The notes: a model not told the origin generated them from the letters alone. Shown: positions 26,876 to 39,470, numbered from the stretch's first letter. The stretch: 64,000 bases of DNA from Paraspadella gotoi (GCA_051294375.1 CM119268.1:10237607-10301606); one strand, 5' to 3'. Made by a program: numbers and translations.

Positions 26876-27390
26876 TCTCCCTCTTCCTCCCCAGTAAACC
26901 ATCAACTGGTTTAGCATTCCAATTGTTCTTTTATTCTCGTTTCCCTCGAAGTTTTAACGATTTCGTGGACTTTTTACGTCTTTCGTTGTCGCCGTTAATC
27001 ATTTTTTTCCCGTCAGATGGCGCGTGCGTCGCTCAATGGAAGGGAGATCGCTGGATGGAAAGTCGGAGGGAGAGGCAGCCAGGAGAGACCGTGAGGTCCG
27101 CCTCTGATCCGGCCTGTGACCGTCGGGATATTCGATTTCATGCACTTATATATTTATGTCGCTCTTTTCTTTGTCTCTTTCTTTCTTTGTCTTTTTTTAT
27201 TTTATTTTTTCTATCTTTCATCATCTTTTTTTTTCTTTCCCTCTATACTTTTTGTGTCTCTTTTCTCTCTCTCTGTCTCTTTCTCTCTCTCTCTCTATAT
27301 ATATATCTATATATACATATATATATATATATTTCTCTCTTTCCCTCTTTATTTTTTGTCTCTCTTTTCTGTTCTCTCGTGTCCCTCTCT

Positions 27391-27502
<112 letters not shown>

Positions 27503-27699
27503 TCCGTCCCTCCTTCCATGTCTCTCTCTCCACCTCCTCTTTTTTACTCTTTCTCCCTCCCTAGCTCCCCCCCCTCTCTCACAACGGTTTTTCCCCGCGA
27601 CGAACACGACTTCCTCCCAAAAGCGAATTTGTTCGTCTTCAAGCTGCAAGAATCTCGTCCCATTTGCGGAGGAAAAGAATTCGGGAATCGAGGAATTTC

Positions 27700-27890
27700 A
27701 AGGACATGGAATTCGAGAAAAGACATGGAAATCACGAGGACATGGTATTCGGGGAAAGACATGGAAATCACGAGGACATGGTATTCGGGGAAAGACATGG
27801 AAATCACGAGGACATGGTATTCGGGGAAAGACATGGAATTTACGATACTTGGAATTTACGAGGACATAGAATTTAGGAGGACATGAAATT
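27700..27890. repeat. 36-bp minisatellite built from two ~18-bp GACATGG subunits (noisy copy at about 18280-18470)
   Basis: AAAGACATGGAAATCACGAGGACATGGTATTCGGGG repeated three times exactly, with degenerate flanking units. Confidence 0.9.
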
Positions 27891-28143
27891 CGTATAAAAA
27901 CAAGAAATTTACGGGACTCAGAAAGACATAGAATTTCATGTCCTGGTAAATTTTATGTCCTCGTATATGAAGTATGTCCTACATGTCCTACATGTACATG
28001 AAATTCGCAGAAAGACATGAAATTATATACATATGAAATTACAAAATGTTAGAAAAAATATAACTTTTTCTCCTCAAACCTTCAATCACATAAATGGATT
28101 CGTTTAGTTAATACTTTATAGGATTTTCTTACAAAAAAAGTAG

Positions 28144-28230
28144 GCCTCGGTAGCGCAGGAGGCAGCGCGTCAGTCTCATAATGTACAAGTAGCAATCTGA
28201 AGGTCGTGAGTTCGATCCTCACCCGGGGCA
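28144..28230 (+). tRNA. tRNA-Met(CAT), elongator, with 14-nt intron (28181-28194)
   Basis: GCCTCGG/CCGGGGC acceptor stem, GCGC/GCGC D stem, TCAGT-CT-CAT-A[ATGTACAAGTAGCA]A-TCTGA anticodon arm, GTGAG-TTCGATC-CTCAC T arm. 73 nt after intron removal; TTTTT terminator at 28234-28238. Confidence 0.93.
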
Positions 28231-28930
28231 ATATTTTTCCCGCCATTGCCAATTTTTAAACCGAAAAAATAAAAAGAGAGAGAAATGCTTAGATGAACAA
28301 TAAAATCTCTAAAAGTAAATTATGTATGTATGTATGAAAAAAAATCCGAGGGGAGAGGTTAAAGTGACAAGGAAAGCAAAGGACAAAGAGATTGAGAGGA
28401 CAAAATCTTTGTCGCGTCGACGAAGCGTAAAAGCCGGCAAAGGCGCGGGACGATTTGTTGCTCGACGGGGGAGAAAATGGGTTTAGTGAAAAAAAAGGGA
28501 AAAAGGTCGTCAAAAATCCGCGACGTCGTCGTCGCTGTCGTCGTCGTCGTCGTCGCTGTCGTCGTCGTCGTCGCTGTCGTCGTCGTCGTCTTCCTCATAG
28601 TCGTTTCTGTCTTCGACGTTGAGGTCGTCATCTCTTTGGTTTGTGTCCACTCAGGCGACCCTGTCATCGTGTTCGTTTTCGTCGTTGTCATCCTATTTGT
28701 CGCTTTTTACGTCTTTGTAATCAACTAATCATTGTCGTCGTTAAAACCAGGTTTTCCCGATTGTCCCGCCATTTTTCTTTCGTCCTTCTGTAAGACGTGG
28801 ATCTCGACCTCTTGATGCTTGTTCTTATTTAATCTCTAAATCTTGTTGCCGAGTTTTTTTTTAGTTTTAGTATATTTTTAGTTAAACATCATAATTTAAT
28901 ACTTGATAAAAATTTCCCAACGTTTATATC

Positions 28931-29014
28931 GCCTCGGTAGCGCAGTAGGCAGCGCGTCAGTCTCATAATGAATAAGCAATCTGAAGGTCGTGAGTTCGAT
29001 CCTCACCCGGGGCA
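28931..29014 (+). tRNA. tRNA-Met(CAT), elongator, with 11-nt intron (28968-28978)
   Basis: GCCTCGGTAGCGCAGTAGGCAGCGCGTCAGTCTCATA[ATGAATAAGCA]ATCTGAAGGTCGTGAGTTCGATCCTCACCCGGGGCA. The spliced 73-mer is a typical metazoan elongator tRNA-Met; T8 terminator at 29023-29030. Confidence 0.95.
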
Positions 29015-29039
29015 TATGTTACTTTTTTTTGCTTCGTCT

Positions 29040-29189
29040 ATAGTTTAGAATTCTTCCTTTACAAAAAATATTTTTTCAAGTTCACTAACGCTGATGAAGG
29101 CTTGAAATGAAGCCGAAACATGTCTGTTTTGAATTAAATAAAAATCGTTGTCAAAACTAAACTCAAACTGTCTCTAATAGTTTAGAATT
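29040..29189 (+). mobile_element. 124-nt hammerhead-bearing insertion (29053-29176) with 13-bp target-site duplication
   Basis: ATAGTTTAGAATT occurs at 29040-29052 and 29177-29189, flanking the hammerhead motif. Confidence 0.65.
29079..29135 (+). ncRNA. Minimal type I hammerhead ribozyme motif (Penelope/retrozyme-type)
   Basis: Core CTGATGA (29091-29097), extra A, stem II GGCTT/AAGCC with GAAATG loop, GAAA, 1-bp stem III capped by palindromic CATG, then TC with predicted cleavage after C29124. Stem I is AACG/TGTT plus TTCA/TGAA; AATAAA follows. Confidence 0.8.
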
Positions 29190-29433
29190 AGAAACGACAA
29201 CGAGAAACTTTTTTAGTCTTCGAGTTACATTGTTCTGCTTTGGCATTACTCCATTTTTTCCGTCTTCGTTTTGATGATTTTCGTTGTTCGCGTCGTCTTT
29301 GTCATCATTTTCGTTGTCGTTTTCATTGTTCTCATTTTCCTCGTCTTTCCCAGAGTGTCGAGGTTCGTCGCTCGCCTAATTCATTTCCTACCACATCCCG
29401 GTTTGCTTGATGCTCACCTTTGATTCTCGAAAA

Positions 29434-29467
29434 CGATGATGACGACGACGACGACGACGACGACGAC

Positions 29468-29533
<66 letters not shown>
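29434..29533. repeat. Compound (GAC)n-(GAT)n microsatellite
   Basis: Directly visible. Confidence 0.95.
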
Positions 29534-29535
<2 letters not shown>

Positions 29536-30007
29536 CAGCTCTCTTGCCTATTGCGCTGTGCTGTCAATCTCATTCTAGGACATCCTTTGGCGAATTTCAA
29601 ACGGCTCAACCTTCAAATTTCCTCCAGACAGAAAATCTTCAATTTCCTTCGACGAATCGAATTTCGACGTCGCGCGTAGCAAGGTGGTGTTTCACATATC
29701 GCGCGACCCGAGACGCGTAGCGCGTCCCACCGTGTGACTCGCGGTTGACGCCGACTAGGTTTTCCTCTTCTATCCACCGCCATGAGCCGCTGCATTCGCG
29801 CCTCACATTCGCGCCTCACATCCCCGCGCGGCTGACGAGCGCCCCCTAGCTCCGAAGGGAGCACCGCGAGTCAACCGTTTGACGTTAAATGACGCCAGAA
29901 GAAAACGGATGACGGGATTACGTCAACGGACGACAGTTTGGCGCCGGTTGACGTTTATGGTCGCCCGGGCGGGAAGGAGAGGGGCGTGAGTGCGTGAGTG
30001 TGTGTGG

Positions 30008-30115
<108 letters not shown>

Positions 30116-30238
30116 TAATTCCAACGACCCTGGTAAAGGATTTCGAATAGTGGAGCCTTCGTGTTTAAACTTTATGAAAAATTTCTCAATGAACTGAAAG
30201 ATTCAAAGGAGTACTTTTAAGAGGACAGACAGAGAGAG

Positions 30239-30298
<60 letters not shown>

Positions 30299-30551
30299 TA
30301 GAACGACTGATATGTCTAATCAGCGAGTGCGTGCGAGCCAGAGAGCGTCTCTCGTTCGGAGGAACTAGATTTAAATCGTTCTGACGTCGGGAAGACGAGA
30401 GCAGATGTGTCCCTTTATAGTTTTTAACTCCCGGAGACAATTAGAAAAAAATGTTGAATATTTAAAAAAAAAGGGTTGGATCGATGTTTTTTTGTTTTCC
30501 TTCCTTTTCTTGCTCCATGAAAAATTCATGGTGTTCATTTTCCTTTTTTAT

Positions 30552-30614
30552 TTCTTCTTCTTCTTCTTCTTCTTCTTCTTCTTCTTCTTCTTCTTCTTCT
30601 TCTTCTTCTTCTTC
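30552..30614. repeat. (TTC)n microsatellite
   Basis: Directly visible. Confidence 0.95.
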
Positions 30615-31324
30615 CTCCCCCGGTTTCTCTTCCTCTCATCGAACTCCTTATTTTCCACGAATTGGTTGTTGACATCCGCCGACGACGTTTCTTCTTTCCT
30701 CCAGAATTTATTCCTTTTACTTTCTGATTCGCCTCCTTTTTGTTTGCAATTCTCCTCGGGATTTTTTTTTTTCGGTTTCTTTCTGATTGTGATTCATTTT
30801 GAACAACCTTTTGAGTTGATATATGTTTAATGTTTAATGTTTATTATTTTTTTCGAGTTTTTATACGCTATCAAAGATTTTCATATTTTTTTTTATTTTT
30901 TTACCCCTCCGTTTAGCTTTTTCGATTTTTATGTTTTCTCAAAAGCATATTATCCCCCAAGTTTGTCTGGCTGTAATCTTTCTCTCTCTCAGAAACCTAA
31001 CGTATTTAACCATTATCGGTCAATCCTAAGACAGTTTTCACAGTTCTAAAACTGGATTTAAGTCTTATCCCGCCGCGGATCTTTGATTTCGTCAATTATT
31101 TATAATAATTTTTATTTTTTACAGTCTATCCCATCTGCTAGATTATCGTTATTCTCACATAATCGTGTTATTCAGTTTTCACCCTATTGTCACTCATCAC
31201 CTTGATGGGAAAGTGTGAACGATTATGAAAACCGACAGATAAAATATGGGACGTTCGCTCTCCTCTGATCCGCCCAACAAAATCCCTACAATTCTATAAA
31301 TGTAGCATAAAAATTAGCGCCTCT

Positions 31325-31365
<41 letters not shown>

Positions 31366-32306
31366 TTCTCCTCCTCCGGCTAGTCCTCACCTCTCCACTC
31401 CACCCCCCACATATCCACCCTCTCTCGCCCCACTCCCTTCCACCCCCCTCTTCCAATTCACTCCGCTTCGCAGATGCAGGTGCCCGCGGGATGACACCCG
31501 AGAGGAATGAGTCTCCGACGAGATGGAAGGAAAAATTAACAGTCTTCGTCTCCACTCGGCTTTTCTCGTTGCAAAACTACTTTTTCATTGGGCGAAATGC
31601 AGAGTTTTATTTTCCCGCCATCTCACGCCCGGTTTTTTATGCGCTATTATTTTTAGCATTATTGTTATTAGTAGCCGAATTTTGTAATTTTATGAAAATT
31701 GCAAAATGGCTTTTTTTAAAACTATTTTATATTTTTATATAAGTTTTATTATTATATTTCAAAGTTTCTTATTTTTTAAAAAATGCATGTAGCAAGTCGA
31801 AGGGAAAATATTTCTAAAAATAACAAGAGAGAGACAATTTTTTTAAAAAATAAAAACTTAATCTTAACCATAAAATTACAAAATAACATTTTTAATAAGC
31901 TTACCGACTGTCGCGAATCATTGGTAACTTATCCTCATAGTATTGGGTAAGGAACAGTCATAAAGGTTTCGTAAATAACCACATTCTCTCATTTTCAAAT
32001 AGTACATTAATTACTTTTTCTTTTTTTTTTCGGTAAGAATTCCATTTCAACCGGTCGACTGACATCTTTAATAAAAATGCCAAGGCGATTTACTTCCGCT
32101 AGATGACGCGACGTCAAAGTCTCTCAAAAAGAATAATAAATTCTTGAAAACCACTTCTGTTTTTTTTTTCTTCTTCTTTTTGTGCTTTTTTTTTTTCTCT
32201 CCAAAAAAAAAGAATCGGCGATTCGACGCATCAATTTTGGTGGCGTAATGGATTCTTTTGGGATGAAAAACGAGGGGAGAGAGAAATAGGACCATTCTCT
32301 CTCTTT

Positions 32307-32338
<32 letters not shown>

Positions 32339-32424
32339 CTCTCTTTTTCTATTTCTTGCATCGATTCCTTTCTCTCTTCCTCTCCTTTGACGTCTCCCTC
32401 CTTTCTTACATTTCTCTTTTTTTC

Positions 32425-32491
32425 TATTAAAAATATTAAAAATATTAAAAATATTAAAAATATTAAAAATATTAAAAATATTAAAAATATT
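32425..32491. repeat. (ATTAAAAAT)n 9-mer tandem repeat, about 7 copies
   Basis: Directly visible. Confidence 0.9.
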
Positions 32492-34138
32492 CTTCTTTCA
32501 TTACTTTCTATCTTTTTCTTCGCTATTTTTTTTTATTCATTATTCCTAATTCCCACAATCCTTCCTTCCATCGTTTTATTACCCATATTGCTTCCGTTTA
32601 TACCCCAAGGGTCCGTTTCTCTCTTTATTAATTCTTCCCTCCCCTTCTCTTTCTCCCTTCCCTTCCTTTTATTCCTCACTTCCTCTTTTCCCAGAACTCC
32701 TTTCCTCTCTTCCTCTTTCTTCTCTGCTCTTCTCTCTCTCTCCCCGCAACACATTCTGCTGATGTCTCCATCATCTTTATTCATGGTCTTCCAATGTCGC
32801 TCGACTCTTATCACCGACGCCGAATTAAGCGTCTCCCCGGTGGCGCACGACCATTTTTATTCCTCCCGGGCCAAGACGGTTGCAAGTTCGAGACCGCGAA
32901 GCTTGGATTTTGTTCATAGAGTTAGCTTTTTAAAAAAAATTAGTTATAAACGAAAAATATCAAACGTCTGCGTCCACCAGGTTAATCGGGTACATTTAAA
33001 CGGGATTGTATCGAGATTAACATTAACATCGAGATTAACATTTTCTCAGAAACGATTCCAACGACGACGAAAACCGACGCCACAACAACAACAACAACAA
33101 CCACCAGACCAAATACTAATTCGGTCGTCACCCGTCGCCGCTTCGTCCTCCTCATCATTTCCCCACCCGCCAATTGGCTCGCGGCGACGAATCACCTCAC
33201 CCGCCTCACCCTCGCTCACCTTCCACCCCCGCGGGCGAATCGTCTTCCCCGACGAAACCCGAAGATCGAATCTCGTTTATGAGAAAAGAATTCCAGGATT
33301 TTCTCCTCGAGCGTCGAAGCTCTTTGGGGGGGGGAGGACGGCGATGACGACGACGACGACGGTGACGACGACAATGATGATATCGACGACAATAATGAGA
33401 ACAACCTCGACGAAAACGACGATAACAATGACGAAGATGACGTCGACGATGACAATGATGATGACAACGACGATGGAAACAAACCCAAAAGATGACAACA
33501 ATGAGTAAAATGAAGAACACGATGACAATGAAGATTATGACGACGATGACGACGACGAAACTCTTTAATGGACGATGGCGACGACGATGGCGACGTCGAC
33601 GACAACGACGACGCCAAATGACGCCGACCACGAGTATCGTCACGGTATCGGAATCGTCTCTTTCGGTGAGTGACGCCAGCAGATTTCAGCGTCCCCCATA
33701 TATCCGTCGTATTGACAACGTTATGGGGGTATCGGACGATTGAAGCGAGCAGAGAGAGAGAGAGAGAGAGAGAGGGTGGGAGGGGAGGGGGGGAAGAGAT
33801 ATAGAGATATATTATAGAGCGACTGACGACGCATTGAACTTTCGTTTATTATTAATAATAATCTTTTTTCTATTCAGCCAAACGAACCGAACGAAAATCC
33901 CGACATTCGCGATCCTTTAATCGCAAAGATTAAAACGAGCGACGAAAACCAGAATAGTTTGGAAAAAGTCACGTGATCGTCGTCGTAAACGGGAACATCC
34001 GGCCAACATCCGGGTGGAGAAACTGCGTCTGAAAATTTAAAGTCTTTTAAGGCTCAGATGCTCTTCGGAGATAAACCCTTATGATCTCGCATGAATTGGC
34101 GATTTAGTTGCTGACTTCCGTCAACCTGGGGAGACCGG

Positions 34139-34220
<82 letters not shown>

Positions 34221-37061
34221 AGAGAGAGATGAGAGAGAGAGACGGGAAGTGACGGGAGAGGTAATAGGTAATGGGTTAAAAACTAATCTTGAAAGAGGAC
34301 GTACCATATGGCATACACACATGAGAAGAAGACAAGTATGACGCCGTCCAATAAGGCGCGAAGTTTGGAAATCTGCCTCATAAGGGGACAGTTTGAACTG
34401 CGCCCTCTTCTGTTCAACGAAACTGTCTTATTTTCCTCTGTTTTGGGGGAATCCCGCCAACTAATTTTTTACGGGGATCACTGTGTTGGAAGCCGCTCTG
34501 CCTTAATCCATGGCGGGGAATCCCCCGCCAATATTTTGATGGGGATTAACGTTTGAAGCCCTATCCCCGCCACAATCATAGATCTGTTCATCAATGGGGG
34601 AGTCCTTGTTATAAAAATATTTTAATTGATCCTAATTTTAAAAATAATAATTTTATTTTGCATTTAGATTCTTCCTAAACCCTCTATTTTATTTTATCTC
34701 TCTCTCTCAGTCTGTCCTAACCTTTCTCTTTTCTTTTTCTATTTTGCATCTCTCTCTCTCTTCTCTCTCTTCTCTCTCTCTCGTCTCATCTTTTCTATCT
34801 CTATGACTCTCCTCTTTTCACTCTATTTCTTTTTTTCCCTATATTTTTACATCTCTCTTACTTTCTCTCGTTCACTCTCGTCTCTCCTCTTTCTACCTCT
34901 CATTCTTTTTTTTATATTTTTCATATATAGTCTTTCTCTCTCTGGTCTCAGTCCTCGCGATTTCTCTTCTCTATTGTATACTCTATTTCTATCTCTTTCT
35001 CACTCTGATTTAGATTTTTTCTATTCTTATCTCTCTCACGAACGATGCACGAAACACCTGTGAACATTTTTAAATAAAAAAAAATTTAATTTTTTTTATA
35101 ATTTTATTTTTTCGATTTTGTGCATATGCCCATATTATACATAGTACACCAATAGAAAATGTCAAAAATTTTAAAATGTTTTTTTTCTAATTTTTAAAAC
35201 AGTTCGAATTCCTCACTAAAGTTGATAATAAGGAAATTAACCTTTTTAAAAAATGATTTTATTAAGTGAGGTCCAAGAATCAAGATCAATCAATCACAGA
35301 GAGAGATAGAGAGAGGGAGATCTTTGAAAAAATTCAAATAAATGTGTTGTTTGGTTTTCTACTATAAACCTAGACTAAGCTCCTACGAAACAAACCCAGA
35401 GATTTTTTTAATATATTCTTATACCGGCCAAGTAGAATGATAGGCCATATTGTTTAATATTAAGTTTCAAAAAAATCCTAACCATAAATATAGAAAATAT
35501 TAACCAAATCTCGGAAAATCCACCCCTTCTTTGGAGATTTCCGCCATAGAAGATTTTCCCGAATCTGACTCCCGGTTGAAAACTCTTAGAATTCCTGATC
35601 GTTAGCTCCTCTTTTACCTTTACTTTAAATAAAAATTACGCAAATGGACTAATTCATTTCCCATGAATCGTATTCATATCAAAATAACCAAATAAAATGA
35701 AGAAAAATTTTGAAGAGCCCTTCAGACGTAATGGCTATGGATCTGGAATTTGAGTGTATTGTAAAGATCACAACATATGTTAATGCGTTGACATTGTATT
35801 GAAGTGGAGAAAATCCTTATTTTATATATGAAAAATCGCGTCAAAAAATATTTTCCGAGCAGAGCAGTCCATTTGAATCCTGATGGTTTGATGTCAAAAT
35901 GATGGTTATGTTTCTCAATGAGAAAAAAAAATGCGAGCCCTTGGAGATGCAAACAGGATCGGAATCCGGAGTGTTTTTACATCTATTTTTCCTGAATTAT
36001 TCCCAGGGGCGTTGACATTATTTGGTAGTCAGATTTTAAACGAAAATCTCCATTGAAAAAGTCTTCCTCTAATTCTATAGAACGCCACGTAGACTCCTAT
36101 TTTAAACTCTTTTCCCATTCCTACGATTCCATCAAAATTTATAATCCAGACTTAATCACATACCTTTCTTGCCCACACAACAGAAATTTCATTTCAATTT
36201 ATCTACTCGCAATTTTTAATAAATATAATAATTATGATTAAATATAAGTGGGACCCTATATCGAGACTCTGATCATCGAAACCCGGATGCCGCTGCGAGA
36301 GATTTAAAGAGAAGAGAAGAGAAGAGAAGAGAATGACCGTCCCGGGTCAGGTTTGCGAGTCAGGTCGCGGACCTGAGCCGCGGACGGAAGAGAAACAAAG
36401 ACCCATAGCCGAAAACCATAGAAAGAGCAACATTGGATCCGCGATATTATATATACAACTAAATTAAATTAAAATAAAAACAAAACAGAATAACCAACTA
36501 ATCAATAATAACAATGTATCAATTAATAATAATTAGTAATTTTTTCTTTTCTTTTTTCCTTCTTTCTTTAAATTTTTTTTTCATTTTTTCATATCTTCTC
36601 TTTTGTCTTTTCTTTTTTTGCTTACTTTTTCTGTCATTAATATTTTGACGTAATTCAAACAATATATTAAAAAATAAGGAACTTTCGAGAGAGAAAATAG
36701 AAACAGAAAGAGAGTGAAAGAGAGAAGAAAGAGAGAGAAGAAAGAGAGAGAGAGAGGTGGGGCCATTTCCTCGTCGTCATGAATTGGGGCGGGGATTTGC
36801 CGGGATGATATCCCGCGAAAGGCCGCCGTGGGGCGGTAAGTTTGCGGTGAACTTATAAGCCTTAGCTTCCCTGAAAACCTGCGCGAAGTTTGACAGTTGT
36901 AAACTGCAATGAATTGGCCCCGCGTGGAAATATCTCGAAGAAGATGCATTAATTGTAATGTTTTACAATAATATAAAGAGATATGGGTAAGGAGACGAGG
37001 AGAAGAAAAAGGGAGAGGAAGAGAAAGTTAGACAGATCGAAAATACAGAAAAGAGGGAAGA

Positions 37062-37082
37062 AAAAAGAAAGAAAGAAAGAAA

Positions 37083-37131
<49 letters not shown>

Positions 37132-37206
37132 AAAAGAAAGAAGAGAAAGAAAAAAGATAGAAAGAAAGAAAGAAGAAAGAAAGAAAGAAGGAAAGAAAGA
37201 AAAGGA

Positions 37207-37238
<32 letters not shown>

Positions 37239-37240
37239 AA
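37062..37240. repeat. (GAAA)n microsatellite; a (TTTC)n tract lies at 47256-47351
   Basis: Directly visible. Confidence 0.9.
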
Positions 37241-37560
37241 TAGACGCGGGGGAAAAGAAAAGGTAGTGAAGCGAAAAAAAAGGCGGAGAGAAAAGAGTCG
37301 AGATGTCTAATCAGTCTTTTTTGGGTGAGGCGGTCTTTCGAAAACTTACCAAAAACGTTTCCTCTTATAAATCGGTAATATAATTACACTCAATATAAAA
37401 GGCCAAAAGTAAGAAGAAACTCCTGAACCGATTTTTTTTTAATTCTTCAATTTAGCCTGCAAAATTCAGGGTTCACATCGTGTCGTTTGGCCTTAACTTT
37501 TTTAGGTCCGACTCCGATGCAAATATCTCTCGCAAGTCGAAATTTTTTAATTTCTCTTAT

Positions 37561-37864
37561 TTTTTTAGTTGCGCCGCGAGTACTCGCGGAGCAACTCTCT
37601 AAATCACTTTTCGGTCGGTCGGTCTGTCGGTCGGTATGTCTGTCCATTGGTCTGTCCCACTAACATTAAAAATACAAATAATTAGCCTACAGTTAGTTGT
37701 TCATTTGTTAAGACAGGAAAAAACCTCAAATCTAAGTGACTACTCGCGCCGCCTTCAGGAAATCCTAAAACTATCAGGAATAAAAAACGGAATGTGATCA
37801 AAGGGAAATACACGTGAAGATAAAGTCGTTGCGGCGCAACGCATTGGAATTACCGTTCTTGTTT
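37561..37864 (+). mobile_element. HINE / DINE-1-like non-autonomous Helentron element
   Basis: Starts in a T-run. 5' hairpin AGTTGC-g-CCGCGAGTACTCGCGG-a-GCAACT; (GTCG/GTCT)n tract at about 37612-37657; 10-bp subterminal inverted repeat GTTGCGCCGC (37568-37577) / GCGGCGCAAC (37831-37840); ends CTTGTTT. Confidence 0.65.
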
Positions 37865-39145
37865 CTCAAAGTCAAAGCCTAATTTCAACGGGGTCATCGA
37901 CCGTTGCTTAAAAAAAAAAAGAATTTCATCTCTCCATTTTCTGCAGTTGGTGTTCAAAAGGGAAAAAAAAATTCAATTATGCTTCCGACTGTTTCTTCTG
38001 CTCAGACTTTTCTCTCTTCCTCGTTTTCTCCTCTTTTTCTTTCCGTATGCATCTTTTTTCTCTCTCTCTTCATTTTCCGTCTTCCTTTCAACTTTCTTCT
38101 CTTTTTCTTCCCATTATTCCATCTGTTTTTTGTCTCCAACAGTGACAGTAATTGTTCCTAATCTTAGCTGCCTTAAACTTAAACTAAACATATTGGCGGC
38201 TCACCCTCGCAGTTCCTAGTTGGAATGAGAAGAATGAGGGATCGAATCCCAAATACGTCCGTTTCTTTTTCTTTTCTTTTCTTTTCTTTTCTATTCACAC
38301 ACATTCCGTTTACTATAGTTTATTTTCTTTCTTCCCCTTGCCTTTATTCTTTTGGTTTCGTTGGTCACCCCCCCCCCGTCCTTTCTTTCCTTCTCCTCCT
38401 GGTCTTACTTTTCTTTCTTCCAGTCAGCTCCTCTCTTTTTGCTAATATTATTTCTTTCTTTCCCATTCGTCTTTTCTTCTTCTTGTCACTAAAAGCTTCT
38501 ATTTTGAATAAAGTTAACCGGATAATTGTTTTCAAATTTCTGTTTTAATCAAAACACCAATTTTTTTTATTGTGTCGTTGTAAGACATTAACATATTTTA
38601 GCTATCTCTTTTTCTTTTCAAAATTCGTTTTTAAAAAAAAAATTGTGCGATTCAATGACCCAAATAAATTAGTTACGACACGAACAGAGAGCTCAATAAA
38701 GAGCGTATAGAAATATCTGAACATTTGAGACCGTCAAACATAAACATAGAAACATCGGAACGAAAGTTTACCTACCTTTAAAATCCCATCTTACACTTGA
38801 AGGCATCAACCAAGAAGTACACACTACACAGTCTCAAGGCTGACGACTGTCGGCGATGCAAATAAAGCCAGAAACAAAGAAAATCCTTGAATTAGTGAAA
38901 AAGTTCCTGTCTATTGATCATCGAAATGCTTCTTTTGATCTTCCGTAAAAATTCTCTTTACACTTGAACTTTCAATTCGCTCCCAATCGAATCAGCGAGC
39001 GGAAATTAACGGAACATTGTCCTCAATTATGTAATGTCGAATGAATAAGCGATATTGCTTGGAGAAAACAATGAAGATAAAAGCATTCCTCTAGCGCAAA
39101 ACTGTTTACGACCTCTTTCTGTTTCTCTTTGCCACGTTCGTCTCG

Positions 39146-39186
<41 letters not shown>

Positions 39187-39375
39187 CTCTCATCCTATCT
39201 CTCGACTCCTCTCTCTCTCTCTCTCTCTTCTCTTCTCTGTATATATATTCCATTTCTAGGCCTAGGCAGACCCCAGTTCTTTCGCAATCTTCTATTGGTG
39301 GGCTGTAGATCCAGAAGAGGGAAAAACTAATATAAAGTAAATCAAAGGCAAAGAGAGGGAAAACGTGCGCGCAGG

Positions 39376-39470
<95 letters not shown>

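Noticed and set aside
29436-29720. Poly-Met ORF next to the tRNA-Met genes
   Set aside because: It is a (GAT)n microsatellite; proximity to tRNA-Met appears coincidental.
32387-33508. Longest ORF in the track (373 aa)
   Set aside because: Built from a 9-mer repeat, pyrimidine tracts and (ACA/GAC/GAT)n runs; starts at TTG, has no recognisable domain, and lies inside the eag intron.
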